Assembly (NCBI GenBank): GCA_021801925.1
Contig: JAKABH010000001.1
Span: 7,964-71,963, forward strand
DNA: 64,000 nt
From: Thermoplasmata archaeon
GTDB lineage: Archaea > Thermoplasmatota > Thermoplasmata > Lutacidiplasmatales > UBA184
Direction of reading: 5' to 3'
Part shown: positions 28,778-38,448 of the stretch, piece after piece
Position numbering within the stretch: position 1 is the first letter of the stretch
Layout of the letters: every line of letters begins with the position of its first letter
The notes under the pieces: model-generated
What the model was told of the DNA's origin: nothing
Database searches by the model: none
Seen by the model: only the letters and a program-made list of their open reading frames with translations
Program-made: the position numbers and the translations under genes

Positions 28778-30544
28778 CTACGACTCCCCTCCGAGGAAGC
28801 GACGGAGCAGCGGGTTGATCTCCATCAGCTGCTCGCGGCCCATCGCCTCGTAGAGGTTGATCAGGATCCCGACCATGAGCAGCACGCCGGTGCCGCTCGC
28901 ATTGCCGAGCGTCCCGATAAGGTCGGCCCCCGCGGCGAGCGCCCCGACGGCGGCGCCGCTGATGACCGTGATGACGGGGATGTACCGCTCGAGGACCCGA
29001 CGCAGCACCCGCGGCTCGCGCCGGAATCCGGGGATCTGCATCCCGGACGCCTCGATCTGGCGGGCGACCGCCTCCGGCCCCATGTTCGTCGTCTGGATCC
29101 AGAACTTCGCGAAGAGGATCGACCCGCCGACCATGGCGCCGAAGAAGACGACGACGTGGATCAGCCCCTGCCACCAGGTGTGGTTGTACAGGAACGACGA
29201 GTACGTCTGGTAGTTGAGGATCGGGAGCAGCCACGACTCGAGGCCGTTCACCGTCGACAGGTAGTAGGCGCCGCCGGAGATCGGTTGGGTCTGGCTCACG
29301 CCGGTACTGGCGGCCGCGGCCGCGCTTGGGTAGCCGCCGACCCACCACTGGTGCCCGAGGAGGGGAAAGCGGGAGAGGGCCCCGTTCGACCAGAGCAGGA
29401 TCGTGAAGAGGGAGACGTTGGCGAGGAGCGCGCTCATCAGGATGACGGGAATGTTGGAGGCGTAGATCAGCCGGAGCGGGTAGCGGCCGCGGGCCCCCCG
29501 CGCCTCGGCGTGGGAGAGCGGCAGCTCGATGCGCGTCGATTCCGTCCAGGCGACGAGGAAGAAGATCGCGGCGGTGCCGACCAGGGCGACGATCGGGTTC
29601 GGCTGCCGCAACAGCACCTGCTCCCAGCCGCCCCCGGCCATGCTGCTCGCCGAATAGTGGGTGAGGAACCAGATCGTCTTCGGGATCGTGCCGCTCGGCG
29701 GATTGAGCGCCGAGATCGGCGACGACGGCGTGCCGGGAAGCCAGTTGAGCGTCCCCTGGACGATCTGCTGCGAGACGCCGGCCGCGATGAACAGCGAGAT
29801 CCCGCTGCCGATCCCCCACTTCGAGACGACCTCGTCCATGAGGAAGACCAGGTAGCTCCCGAAGACGAGCTGGGCGATGATGATCGTGTTCGCGAGCAGG
29901 AGCCCGTTGCCGGGGGAGGCGGCGCCGAGGGTCGTGACGAACGACGCCGAGGGCGTGACGTAGCCGAAGACCTGGGGGACCGCCTCCACCAGGATCATCG
30001 CGATGACCAGGACCTTCTGGGTCCCCTGGTACATCCCCTTGTCCTCGTCGTCGGTGAGGTCGAGGTTGATGATCTTCGCCCCGGTGAACAGCTGCATGAT
30101 GATCGACCCGGTGACGATCGGGCCGATCCCGAGATCCATGAGCGTCCCCTGGGCGCCCGCGAGGATCGCGCGGTAGCTGGCGAAGAGGTCGATGACGGTC
30201 GCCTGGTCGACGCCGAAGAGGAAGATGTTCGTGAGCAGGAAGTAGAGGAGCAGGACCCCGATCGTCCAGAACAGCTTCGTCCGGAAGTGGACGTGGCCCT
30301 TCGGCTGGGTGACCGCGGGCATGCGCGTCGTGAGCGGCTTGAGGCCGTACAGCTTGGAGCGGGAGCCGCTGTAGGAGAGGCCGAGATAGAGGACGCCGAG
30401 GACGACCGCGATCGAGGCGCCGATGACGATGAACCCGACCAGGGTCGGCGCGGTCCAGAACCAGACGACCGCGAGCAGGACCGCGCCCAGGACCGCGAGC
30501 GGGATCGCCCAGCGCGGGTCCCGTGGGATCTCCTCGTCCGCCAT
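28778..30544 (-). CDS. secY: Protein translocase subunit SecY (long form, 588 aa)
   Basis: SecY N-terminal signature (KGHVHFRTKLFWTIGVLLLYFLLTNIFLFG) begins ~55 aa into the ORF. Ten TM core, plug and lateral-gate regions, with loop insertions. Confidence 0.9.
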   Translation of the reverse strand: MADEEIPRDPRWAIPLAVLGAVLLAVVWFWTAPTLVGFIVIGASIAVVLGVLYLGLSYSGSRSKLYGLKPLTTRMPAVTQPKGHVHFRTKLFWTIGVLLLYFLLTNIFLFGVDQATVIDLFASYRAILAGAQGTLMDLGIGPIVTGSIIMQLFTGAKIINLDLTDDEDKGMYQGTQKVLVIAMILVEAVPQVFGYVTPSASFVTTLGAASPGNGLLLANTIIIAQLVFGSYLVFLMDEVVSKWGIGSGISLFIAAGVSQQIVQGTLNWLPGTPSSPISALNPPSGTIPKTIWFLTHYSASSMAGGGWEQVLLRQPNPIVALVGTAAIFFLVAWTESTRIELPLSHAEARGARGRYPLRLIYASNIPVILMSALLANVSLFTILLWSNGALSRFPLLGHQWWVGGYPSAAAAASTGVSQTQPISGGAYYLSTVNGLESWLLPILNYQTYSSFLYNHTWWQGLIHVVVFFGAMVGGSILFAKFWIQTTNMGPEAVARQIEASGMQIPGFRREPRVLRRVLERYIPVITVISGAAVGALAAGADLIGTLGNASGTGVLLMVGILINLYEAMGREQLMEINPLLRRFLGGES

Positions 30545-30569
30545 GTGGCCGAATTGGACCCGGTGACCG

Positions 30570-30577
30570 ATTTATAT
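30570..30577 (-). promoter_or_regulatory. Candidate TATA box (TTTATATA on the minus strand) ~26-30 nt upstream of the secY start
   Basis: gatttatatagtc is the only AT-rich element in the 68-bp rpl15-secY spacer. Confidence 0.5.
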
Positions 30578-30612
30578 AGTCTGCGGGCGGATTCCGACGG
30601 CGCGGGCCCCGG

Positions 30613-31050
30613 TCAGGCCGATCCGGCGCGCTCGCCCGGCGGCTCGGCCAGCACGGTCACCTTCTCCGCCGCGTGCCGGCTCGCGTGGGCGACGAAGACC
30701 CGCCAGGCGTAGGCGGTCTCGCCCCCGCCCAAGAGCCGGTCGACCCCGGCCTTCGCGAGGTCGGCGACCATCGTGTCGCCGACACGGACGACGGCGCCCG
30801 CCGCCTCGAGGGTCGGGACGAAGGCGTCGAGCTCGCCGACGTTCAGCGAGCGGGGCCGGGCGACAATGTTGGCCGGCCGCTTGAAGCCGTGCCGTCCGAA
30901 GTGGTCCGGCGCGTAGATCAGCATCGACTTGAACTTGTATTTGTGGAGCCCGGCGTTCCCGCGGCCGCCCTGCTTGCCCGCGCCGCGGCCGGCCTTGATC
31001 CCGCGGCCGTGCGTGCGCAATCCCCGGAACTTCCTCGTGCGACTCGGCAT
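30613..31050 (-). CDS. rpl15: 50S ribosomal protein L15 (uL15)
   Basis: RKFRGLRTHGRGIKAGRGAGKQGGRGNAG. Confidence 0.92.
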   Translation of the reverse strand: MPSRTRKFRGLRTHGRGIKAGRGAGKQGGRGNAGLHKYKFKSMLIYAPDHFGRHGFKRPANIVARPRSLNVGELDAFVPTLEAAGAVVRVGDTMVADLAKAGVDRLLGGGETAYAWRVFVAHASRHAAEKVTVLAEPPGERAGSA

Positions 31051-31059
31051 CGACTTCCC

Positions 31060-31518
31060 TCACACCATCTTGCGGACGAGATCGTTGACCGCCTTGCCCC
31101 GGTACCCGAGGGCTCCGCCGAGGCCGAACGGACGCTTGGTCGACCGCCAGCCGCCCTTCGGCGCCTTCAGCCGGAACAGGGGGCGGATCCCGGGGACCGG
31201 GGGAAGCCCGTGCTCGACCACCGAGGTGGCGAGCTCGGTCAGGTCCTTCGCGGGAAGCTCGGTCCCGAACGCGGCGTCGGCCAAGCGACCGCCCGCGGTG
31301 GTGACGCCGCGCTCCCGGAGCAGCAGGCCGACCGTCTCGGGATCGGCCTCGCCCCAGGTGATGTACCCCTGGGTGCGGATGAGCATCCCGCGGTACTCGG
31401 GAGACTCCGGCACGACCGTGGCGTGGTTCGGCCGGGTGAGATGCAGGTAGCGGAGCGTCTCCACGATCTCGCGGTTGACGTGGACCGTCCCGCGGACGCG
31501 GACGACCATCCACGCCAT
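31060..31518 (-). CDS. rpl30: 50S ribosomal protein L30 (uL30)
   Basis: MVVRVRGTVHVNREIVETLRYLHL. Confidence 0.9.
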   Translation of the reverse strand: MAWMVVRVRGTVHVNREIVETLRYLHLTRPNHATVVPESPEYRGMLIRTQGYITWGEADPETVGLLLRERGVTTAGGRLADAAFGTELPAKDLTELATSVVEHGLPPVPGIRPLFRLKAPKGGWRSTKRPFGLGGALGYRGKAVNDLVRKMV

Positions 31519-32448
31519 CTAGGCCCCTCCCGACGGGGGACCCCGTCGTCCCGGGCCGCCGCCCGCCGGCGGCGCTCCGGGGCCGCGACCCGGACCGCCG
31601 CGCCCCGGAGGTCCACCGCGCCCCGGGGGTCCGCCGCGCCCCGGGCCGCCCCGGCCCGGTCCGCCGCGCCCCGGCCCTCCGCGGCCGCGGCCACGGCCCC
31701 GGCCGCCCATCGGGCGGGCCCCTTCCTCCTTGGGGGGAAGGATCGACGTGCCGATCGGTCCGCGGACGATCTTGAGCCGCTCGGCGTCGGCCGGACGGAC
31801 CTTGAGCTCGGAGAGCGCCACCAAGGCGCCGTAGGCGGCCTGGGCGTAGTTGACGGTCGTCTTCGTGTGGCCGTCGGTGTACCCCCAGGCGTCGGTGATC
31901 CCCGCGAACCGGAGGACGGGCTTCGCCACGTCCCCGACCGCGAGCCCCACCCCGCGCGGGGCGGCGCGGAACTTCACGACGACCGAGCCGGTGTGGCCGA
32001 CGACCTCGAACGGGACGCTGTGCGGCCGCCCGCAGCCGCATTCCCAGCTGCCGCAGCCCCGCAGGACGGAGACGATCCCGAGCTTGGCGCGGTCGATCGC
32101 CCGGCGGATCGTCGGACCGACCTCGCGGCCCTTCGCCCGGCCGAGTCCGACGAAGCCGTCGCCGTTCCCGACGACGACCGTGACGGCGAACTTGAACCGG
32201 CGGCCGGAGTCGGTCATCCGCTGGACCATGTTGACGTCCAGGACCTCGTCGTGGAGACCCGGGAGGAGCTTGTCGACGATCTGCGGCTCGCGGAGCGGCA
32301 GGCCGGTGGCGAGCGCCTCGGCCATCGTCTTGATCTCGTCGGCCGCAACGCGCTTGCCGAGCTCCGTCCGCGGAACCCACGGCGGGGCGGGCGCGGCGCT
32401 GCCGAACCCTCCGGGCCCGCGGGACGGACCGGCGACCGCGCCGCTCAT
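31519..32448 (-). CDS. rps5: 30S ribosomal protein S5 (uS5) with ~75-aa C-terminal Gly/Arg/Pro repeat tail
   Basis: uS5 core ([33 protein letters not shown]) followed by [42 protein letters not shown]. Confidence 0.9.
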   Translation of the reverse strand: MSGAVAGPSRGPGGFGSAAPAPPWVPRTELGKRVAADEIKTMAEALATGLPLREPQIVDKLLPGLHDEVLDVNMVQRMTDSGRRFKFAVTVVVGNGDGFVGLGRAKGREVGPTIRRAIDRAKLGIVSVLRGCGSWECGCGRPHSVPFEVVGHTGSVVVKFRAAPRGVGLAVGDVAKPVLRFAGITDAWGYTDGHTKTTVNYAQAAYGALVALSELKVRPADAERLKIVRGPIGTSILPPKEEGARPMGGRGRGRGRGGPGRGGPGRGGPGRGGPPGRGGPPGRGGPGRGPGAPPAGGGPGRRGPPSGGA

Positions 32449-32969
32449 GCCGCCTCCCGACGAGCGGCGAGCGACGCGAGCTGCTGCTTGTAGGCCTCGA
32501 GCGGGCGCGGAAGCGGCTTAGGCAGGTGGCTGCCGCCGAGCCGGTCCGCCGTCGGGAACCCTTCCTCCCCGTGGGGGATGTCGACCCCCGCGTCGAGAAG
32601 TCCCTTCAGCGCCGCCGACAGGCGGCCGCCGGCGGTCGGACGCCGGACGCCGAGATCGAGGACCGCCGCCTCGGTACCGGATGCCTTCGCCCGGAGCCCC
32701 GCCAGGTAGGCGGTGAGGTAGGCCGCGGGCGTCGAGGAGAGGCTCGTCGCGGGGAAGGCGATCCCCCCGAGCTCGCCGGAATCGGCCATCGCCAGGACCC
32801 GGTCGCCGGTGGGGTCGAAGTCGACGAGCGAGACCCGCACCCGGCGGGCGGAGAGACGCACGACCGCCCGCGGGCGGCCGGACTGCAACAGCTTGCGGCG
32901 GACCCGGTAATCGGTCCGGCCCTCGCGGCGGCGCCGGAAGTGGACGCGGTAGCGCGGGCCGTCGCTCAT
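32445..32969 (-). CDS. rpl18: 50S ribosomal protein L18 (uL18)
   Basis: [22 protein letters not shown]. Confidence 0.9.
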   Translation of the reverse strand: MSDGPRYRVHFRRRREGRTDYRVRRKLLQSGRPRAVVRLSARRVRVSLVDFDPTGDRVLAMADSGELGGIAFPATSLSSTPAAYLTAYLAGLRAKASGTEAAVLDLGVRRPTAGGRLSAALKGLLDAGVDIPHGEEGFPTADRLGGSHLPKPLPRPLEAYKQQLASLAARREAA

Positions 32970-33427
32970 GCCTTCGCCTCCGGTACGTGGCCGGCGAGGC
33001 GCAGGTTCTGGAGGAGGTGCGCCCGGCTGCGGAACATGCCGCCCTTGGCGCGACGGTAGAACTCGCGGTAGACCGCCGGCGGGATCTTCTTCCCGTCCCG
33101 CAGCTCGCGCAGGAGCGCCCGCTGGGCTCGGATGCGCCGCATCCACCGGTCCTTGCGGGGAAGACGGGAGGCCGGGGAGCCGCGGCGGGAGCCGGGTCCC
33201 TGGTGTCGGCCGCGGGCGACCTCGGCGGCGTGCCGCCGGGCCCGGGCCCGCGACGTCCCCTGGATCGGATGGCGGCGAATGACCCCGGCCTTGATCGCGC
33301 CCCGGACGTCGTTCCGCGTGACCGCGTCGGCGAGATCCTCCTGGCTGGTCGGATCGAGGAAGACGCGGCCCTCCCCGCACTTCAGGAGATCGGCGGCGAG
33401 GCGGCGCTGGTTCGAAAGGTCCGGCAT
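32966..33427 (-). CDS. rpl19e: 50S ribosomal protein L19e (eL19)
   Basis: MPDLSNQRRLAADLLKCGEGRVFLDP. Confidence 0.9.
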   Translation of the reverse strand: MPDLSNQRRLAADLLKCGEGRVFLDPTSQEDLADAVTRNDVRGAIKAGVIRRHPIQGTSRARARRHAAEVARGRHQGPGSRRGSPASRLPRKDRWMRRIRAQRALLRELRDGKKIPPAVYREFYRRAKGGMFRSRAHLLQNLRLAGHVPEAKA

Positions 33428-33429
33428 CG

Positions 33430-34023
33430 TCACTCCTCCCCGGCCGTCTGGATCGGGTTCAGGACCCGGACGCCCCGCTGGCGGGCGGTCTCCTCGAGAC
33501 CGAGCCGGCGTCGGGTACCGACCGTCCGCGCGATGACGGCGGCCTGGAGCTTCGGGTCGAGCGCCTCGATCTCGGCCTCGTTGTGGACGAGGACGGGTCG
33601 GTAGCCACTGGGGGCAAGCCCGCGGACCCGCGCCGGCGAACCGTAGCCGATGGAGACGATCTCGGCGCGGTAGCCGTAGTGGCGCCGCTGCTTCGACTGG
33701 AGTCCGCGGGGGCGGCGCCACGCACCGTCCCGGCCGATCCGATAGTAGCGGTTCGCGGCCTGACGCCCGAAGACGGGCCGCCGGCGTCGGATCTGCCGTC
33801 GGGTGCGCAGGAGCGTCACGACCTCCGGGGCGAGCGACGGGTGCTTCGGCGCGGCCGTCGGCGCGGCGCCCTTCGTCGCGGCCGGGGCGGCGGCAGGGGC
33901 CGGGGCCGAACCGGCGGTCGGCGCCGCCGCCGTCGGGGCGGCGCGGGCGGGCCGGCTCGAGGCGGCCGGGCGACCCCGCGGCTTCGCGGGGGCCGGTGCG
34001 GGGGTCGACGGTTCGTCGGCCAT
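33430..34023 (-). CDS. rpl32e: 50S ribosomal protein L32e (eL32) with ~60-aa Ala/Pro-rich N-terminal extension (alternative GTG start possible)
   Basis: eL32 core (RRRRPVFGRQAANRYYRIGRDGAWRRPRGLQSKQR). Confidence 0.85.
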   Translation of the reverse strand: MADEPSTPAPAPAKPRGRPAASSRPARAAPTAAAPTAGSAPAPAAAPAATKGAAPTAAPKHPSLAPEVVTLLRTRRQIRRRRPVFGRQAANRYYRIGRDGAWRRPRGLQSKQRRHYGYRAEIVSIGYGSPARVRGLAPSGYRPVLVHNEAEIEALDPKLQAAVIARTVGTRRRLGLEETARQRGVRVLNPIQTAGEE

Positions 34024-34025
34024 CG

Positions 34026-34586
34026 TCAGTTCGCCTCCTTCACGTGGGCCCGCTCGACGAGATAGATCCCGTCCTGGAAGACCCGGGGATCGTAGTTGCG
34101 GATGCGCGTCGTCCGCTCGATGTTCGCCGCGCTCTGGCCGACCTGCTCGATGTCGGTGCCGGAGAGGATCACGAACTCCCCCTCGACCTGGGCCTTCGTG
34201 CCCGGCCGCAGCAGGGAGGTCCGGGGGTACTTCTCGCCGAGGAAGTTCTCGATGACGAGCGACTCGCCCTTCACGGCGACCTTCATCGGGAAGTGCGCCG
34301 CCACGACCTTCATCTTCGCCTCGACCCCGAGGGTGAGACCCCGCCCGACGTTGCGGACGTGGGCGACCCACGTCCCGAGGAGCGCCTGGGCCTCCTTCCG
34401 GTTCGGCGGCAGGCGCAGCGTGAGGGTGACGGTCGTCCCGTGCACGGCGAGGTCCAGGATGTCCCCCGGGAACGGCCGGACGACCGAGCCGAGCGGCCCC
34501 TTGGCGACGAGCTCCCGCCCGCGGACGGTGAGCGAGACCCCCTTCGGGATCGACACGGTGGCGGAACGGCGGGGTTCAGTAGACAT
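34026..34586 (-). CDS. rpl6: 50S ribosomal protein L6 (uL6)
   Basis: Two-domain uL6 (VSIPKGVSLTVRGRELVAKGPLG). Confidence 0.92.
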   Translation of the reverse strand: MSTEPRRSATVSIPKGVSLTVRGRELVAKGPLGSVVRPFPGDILDLAVHGTTVTLTLRLPPNRKEAQALLGTWVAHVRNVGRGLTLGVEAKMKVVAAHFPMKVAVKGESLVIENFLGEKYPRTSLLRPGTKAQVEGEFVILSGTDIEQVGQSAANIERTTRIRNYDPRVFQDGIYLVERAHVKEAN

Positions 34587-34965
34587 AGGCGAGCAGCCGA
34601 CCCCCGATCTTCTTTTCCCGCGCCTCGAGGTGGGAGAGGACGCCCTGGTTCGTGGAGAGGACGAGCAGGCCGAAATCCTGCGCCGGCAAAAAGCGGGATT
34701 CGTACCGCTCCAGCCGGTCGTGCGCGACCGCGACGCGCGGCTTGATGACGCCGCAGGAGTTGATGCGGCGGGAGAGCACGACCTCGTAGCGGCCGCCCCG
34801 GCCGTCCGGGACGAACGTGAACTCCTGGATGTAATCGTGTTCCCGGAAAAGCCGGAGGACCTCCGCGATCAGCCGCGAGGTCGGGTGGACGGCCGCCGTC
34901 GGGTGGCCCTCCCGGTCGGCGTGGCGGATCGTGACCAGGGCGTCGTTGAGCAGATCCTGTTGCAT
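34576..34965 (-). CDS. rps8: 30S ribosomal protein S8 (uS8)
   Basis: LNDALVTIRHADREGH...VLSTNQGVLSHLEAREKKIGGRLLAYVY. Confidence 0.92.
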   Translation of the reverse strand: MQQDLLNDALVTIRHADREGHPTAAVHPTSRLIAEVLRLFREHDYIQEFTFVPDGRGGRYEVVLSRRINSCGVIKPRVAVAHDRLERYESRFLPAQDFGLLVLSTNQGVLSHLEAREKKIGGRLLAYVY

Positions 34966-34978
34966 CGACCGGAACCTC

Positions 34979-35125
34979 CTACTGGTACTTCTGGAACCCG
35001 AGGTCGACCGCGACCTCGCGGAAACACTGGCGACAGAGATGGAGGCCGTAGCGCCGGACGATCCCGCGCTTGCGATCGCACCGCAGGCACCCGACCTTCC
35101 GCCCGAACTGCTTCTTCGGTTTCAT
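34979..35125 (-). CDS. rps14: 30S ribosomal protein S14 type Z (uS14, zinc-binding, 48 aa); not in the supplied ORF track
   Basis: Hand translation of the minus strand: [48 protein letters not shown] (CxxC...CxxC). Sits at the expected position between rpl5 and rps8. Confidence 0.88.
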   Translation of the reverse strand: MKPKKQFGRKVGCLRCDRKRGIVRRYGLHLCRQCFREVAVDLGFQKYQ

Positions 35126-35139
35126 CGATCCCTCCCCGC

Positions 35140-35700
35140 TCAGTCGAGCAGCGTCACCCCGAAGGTGGCGGTCAGGAACGCCCGCGTCTCCTCGCGCGTG
35201 GCGCGGAGCGCCGGCGGCAGCGGACGGGACTGCACCCGGCGTTGGCGGACGCGGAAGCCGGCGCGGCCGAGCTCGACCGCGACGTCCATGCCGTGGATGC
35301 CGATCGCCGGATCGTACTTCATCCCCTCGAAGTCGGTGTAGTCGGCGACCCCGAACGAGAAGTTCCCGTTCCGGTCGATCGACTCGCTGTCGAGCTGGCG
35401 GTCCCGGGCGTCGAACGCCCGCCGAAGAAAATCGTGGGCGACCGCGCCGCGGAGGGTCACTTTGGCGCCGATCTCCTGGCCCTTGCGGATGCCGAAATCC
35501 CGGTTCGTGGAGTGGGCCCGGGTGCTGACGGGCTTCTGGTGCGTCACCATCTGGAGGACCCGCTCGGCCTTCGTCCGGGCGTCGCCGGATTCGCCGACCC
35601 CCGCGTTCACGACGATCTTGATGACCCGGATCGCCCGCATCCCGGCGGGGAGCGTCGGCGGCGGGACGGCGGGGGCCGCGGCGGAAGCGGGGGCGCTCAT
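35140..35700 (-). CDS. rpl5: 50S ribosomal protein L5 (uL5)
   Basis: [17 protein letters not shown]...[12 protein letters not shown]. Confidence 0.9.
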   Translation of the reverse strand: MSAPASAAAPAVPPPTLPAGMRAIRVIKIVVNAGVGESGDARTKAERVLQMVTHQKPVSTRAHSTNRDFGIRKGQEIGAKVTLRGAVAHDFLRRAFDARDRQLDSESIDRNGNFSFGVADYTDFEGMKYDPAIGIHGMDVAVELGRAGFRVRQRRVQSRPLPPALRATREETRAFLTATFGVTLLD

Positions 35701-36413
35701 CGGTCGATCGCCTCCGCGATCGTCACTTCGGGGTTCTTCTGGCCGACGACGAACACGTACTCCTTCGTGGTGGAGAACCCTTCCGCGAAGTGCACGAGGT
35801 TCGGCTGCGAGGAGTTCCGGACTTCGACCCGATCGACGCGCGCCAGCTGCCCGACATGGGAGCCCCCCGCGACGAAGGCGAGCGCGCCCGGGGCGAGCTT
35901 GAGGTGGTCGACGACCTTCTGGCCGGGAACCTCGATCTTGAGCGAGTCCCCGACGCGGTAGGCGACGTTCGCCGCCACGCGCACGTTGCGGCCGTCGTGC
36001 AGCGTCACGGCGAGGCGCCCGCTCGGGAGCGAGTGCTTCCGGCGGACCTGGCCGATCTTGACGCCGGCCTCGGTGGAGGGGATGCGGACGAGCACGAGCT
36101 TCCCCCGTCCGTTCTTCACCATCCGGTAATGGGCGTCCGTCGGGGCGGCGAGCGAAAGGGTGTCCATGAGCCCGACGCCGCGGTCGAGGTCGGTGACGAT
36201 GCGGCCGTCCAGACGGACCGATCCCTGCCGCGCCAGGATCCGGGCCTCGCGGGCGCTCCGGGCGACGCCCAGCAGATCGCGCAGCACGATCTGCAGCGGC
36301 ACGGACTGCTCCTGGGGGTGAGGGCCCGGCGCCGGCCGCTTGACCCACTTCGTCCCCTTGCGGGGGATCGTCCAGGCCCGCGGCGCCGCGCCGCGCTTGA
36401 GACGGAACGTCAT
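35697..36413 (-). CDS. rps4e: 30S ribosomal protein S4e (eS4)
   Basis: S4/KOW architecture ([29 protein letters not shown]). Confidence 0.9.
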   Translation of the reverse strand: MTFRLKRGAAPRAWTIPRKGTKWVKRPAPGPHPQEQSVPLQIVLRDLLGVARSAREARILARQGSVRLDGRIVTDLDRGVGLMDTLSLAAPTDAHYRMVKNGRGKLVLVRIPSTEAGVKIGQVRRKHSLPSGRLAVTLHDGRNVRVAANVAYRVGDSLKIEVPGQKVVDHLKLAPGALAFVAGGSHVGQLARVDRVEVRNSSQPNLVHFAEGFSTTKEYVFVVGQKNPEVTIAEAIDR

Positions 36414-37024
36414 GCCGATCCCTCCTCGGCGGGCGTCGGCCGCGTCCCCGAGCGGCCCCGCTTCGCCTTCGCCGGCGGGGGGGTCGGCTCGGCGGGCGCG
36501 GTCGGGGCATCCGCGGAATCCTCGGCGTCGGGCTCCTCCGCGTCGTCGTCGTCGTCCGCCCGATCCGGCGTCTCCGGTACGGGTGCGGCCGGGCCCGCGG
36601 GCGAGGGGAGGGCCCCGTCGGCGCCCTCGGGGGCCTCGCCCCGCTCCGCCGGCGTGAGGTCCTCCTCGCGGACCTTGAGCGCCTCGCGGCGCCAGGCGTC
36701 GGCGAGGTTGAGACGGACCAACAGGAGGTGGTTGGTGCGGATCGGCAGCGGCTTGAGCTTCTCCTCGCCGCTCTTGAGCGTCACGTTGTCGAGCGTCACG
36801 GAGTAGCCCCGGCGATCGACCTTCGCGACGCGCTCCTCCCGGCCGACGAAGCTGCCCCGCATCACGAGGACCGTGTCGCCCTTGCGGACCGGTAGCGAGC
36901 GGCGGTGGAACCGGCCGCGCAGCTCGCGGGAGAGCGGGACCGTCATCCGGCGCCGGCGGGCGAACGAGTCGGCGTCGTAGACGGCGCGGCGCTGGCGACG
37001 GGGGGAGTGGGGGGAGAGCGACAT
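36410..37024 (-). CDS. rpl24: 50S ribosomal protein L24 (uL24) with ~85-aa acidic/Pro-rich C-terminal extension
   Basis: KOW core (RKGDTVLVMRGSFVGREERVAKVDRR) followed by a DDDDDAEEPDAEDSAD tail. Confidence 0.88.
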   Translation of the reverse strand: MSLSPHSPRRQRRAVYDADSFARRRRMTVPLSRELRGRFHRRSLPVRKGDTVLVMRGSFVGREERVAKVDRRGYSVTLDNVTLKSGEEKLKPLPIRTNHLLLVRLNLADAWRREALKVREEDLTPAERGEAPEGADGALPSPAGPAAPVPETPDRADDDDDAEEPDAEDSADAPTAPAEPTPPPAKAKRGRSGTRPTPAEEGSA

Positions 37025-37034
37025 GGACCTTCCT

Positions 37035-37433
37035 CTAGATGATGATCGACGAGGCGGCGGCGACCCGCGGCCAGCGCTCGGCGGCCTCCTTCGCCACCGG
37101 GCCCTTGATCTGGGATCCCTTGAGCTCGCCGGTCTCCGTGGTGATGACGGCGGCGTTGTCCTCGAACATCAGCCGCGTCCCGTCGGCGCGGTGGACCGGG
37201 GAGCGGGAACGTACGATGACGGCGTGCAGCACCTGGCGGCGCATCTCGGGGGTCCCCTTCTTCACGCTGACGATGACGAGGTCGGCGATCCCCGCGCGGG
37301 GGTAGCGGCGGTGGGTGCCGTGCCAGTTGCGCACGGCAATGATCTCGACGATCTTCGCGCCGGTGTTGTCGACGCAGTCGAGCCGCGCCCCCTTCGGGAG
37401 GCCGCGTCCGCGGTGGCCGGCGAGCCCCTTCAT
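37035..37433 (-). CDS. rpl14: 50S ribosomal protein L14 (uL14)
   Basis: [17 protein letters not shown]...VIVRSRS. Confidence 0.92.
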   Translation of the reverse strand: MKGLAGHRGRGLPKGARLDCVDNTGAKIVEIIAVRNWHGTHRRYPRAGIADLVIVSVKKGTPEMRRQVLHAVIVRSRSPVHRADGTRLMFEDNAAVITTETGELKGSQIKGPVAKEAAERWPRVAAASSIII

Positions 37434-37873
37434 GCCGATCCCTCCCCCGGCGTCCGCGCCGCCGGGGCGGCGTCGTCGGCGAGCGGCGACGGATCCTCGC
37501 CCACGACCTTGCGGGCCGCTTCGCCGAGATCCTCGACAATGCAGAACGACACGAGCTTCGAGAGCGGGCGGGTCTCCGCGATGCGGACGCGGTGTCCGAC
37601 CGGAATGTTGAGGCACGGCGGGGCGTGCGCCAGGTAGCGCCGGCGCCGCTTCTCGTAGCGCTCGTACTTCGGCACGAAATGGAGGAGCGTACGCTCGACG
37701 ACGGCGGTGCGCTGCATCGCCGTCGAGACGACCGTCCCCTCGAGGACCTGGCCCCGCACGGGGAGCCGGCCGTGGAACGGGCAGTGCCGGTCGTCGCAGC
37801 GCGCCTTCGGGGCCCGGACGTCGAGACCGATGTCCCGGGCGCGGCGGGCGGACGGCGTACGGGTCGGACTCAT
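37430..37873 (-). CDS. rps17: 30S ribosomal protein S17 (uS17)
   Basis: [43 protein letters not shown]. Confidence 0.9.
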   Translation of the reverse strand: MSPTRTPSARRARDIGLDVRAPKARCDDRHCPFHGRLPVRGQVLEGTVVSTAMQRTAVVERTLLHFVPKYERYEKRRRRYLAHAPPCLNIPVGHRVRIAETRPLSKLVSFCIVEDLGEAARKVVGEDPSPLADDAAPAARTPGEGSA

Positions 37874-38193
37874 CGATACCTCCGAGGACCGCCGGCGAGG
37901 AGTCGCTTCGTGCGGTCTTCCGGGCGCACGCGAAGGACCTCGCCACTTAAGGGTAACTCTCGGCCGGCGAGGGCGATCGTACCGGCGAGCCGCCGCTTCG
38001 GCACGGCGACCGGTCGCGCGCGGCCGGCGACGCGGACCCAGAGCATCGAAAGCGATTCGTCGACGATCGTGCCGGCCACGGGCTCTTGGAGGCCGGGGCC
38101 GGCGGGGATGCGGACTTCGGCGCCGAGGATCTCCCCGGCGAGGGCGGTCCGCTCCGTCGGGCGAAGCTCGAAACCGATCGCGGCGCGCGCCAT
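37870..38193 (-). CDS. rnp1: Ribonuclease P protein component 1 (Rpp29/Rnp1, Sm-like)
   Basis: Conserved location between rpl29 and rps17 in archaeal r-protein operons. Sm-like beta pattern ([15 protein letters not shown]...[12 protein letters not shown]). Confidence 0.65.
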   Translation of the reverse strand: MARAAIGFELRPTERTALAGEILGAEVRIPAGPGLQEPVAGTIVDESLSMLWVRVAGRARPVAVPKRRLAGTIALAGRELPLSGEVLRVRPEDRTKRLLAGGPRRYR

Positions 38194-38214
38194 CGTGGTC
38201 GTGCTCCTCCCGCG

Positions 38215-38448
38215 CTAGCTCCGCGCCGCGCCGCTTCCCCGGCGGGCCGCGAGCTGGCGCTCGCTCAGCACGGTGAGCGACCGGGCGACGTTCGTCCGGA
38301 GCGCCCGCATCCGGCCGGGGCTCGGCGGCGCCCCGCCCATCGCGGCGATGCCGCGTTCGCGCAGGAGATCGTTCTCCGCGTCGGCGATGCGGCGACGCAG
38401 GTCCTCGTCCGAGAGGGCCCGCAGATCCTTCATACGGAGCAGCGTCAC
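38215..38448 (-). CDS. rpl29: 50S ribosomal protein L29 (uL29)
   Basis: MKDLRALSDEDLRRRIADAENDL. Confidence 0.88.
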   Translation of the reverse strand: MTLLRMKDLRALSDEDLRRRIADAENDLLRERGIAAMGGAPPSPGRMRALRTNVARSLTVLSERQLAARRGSGAARS

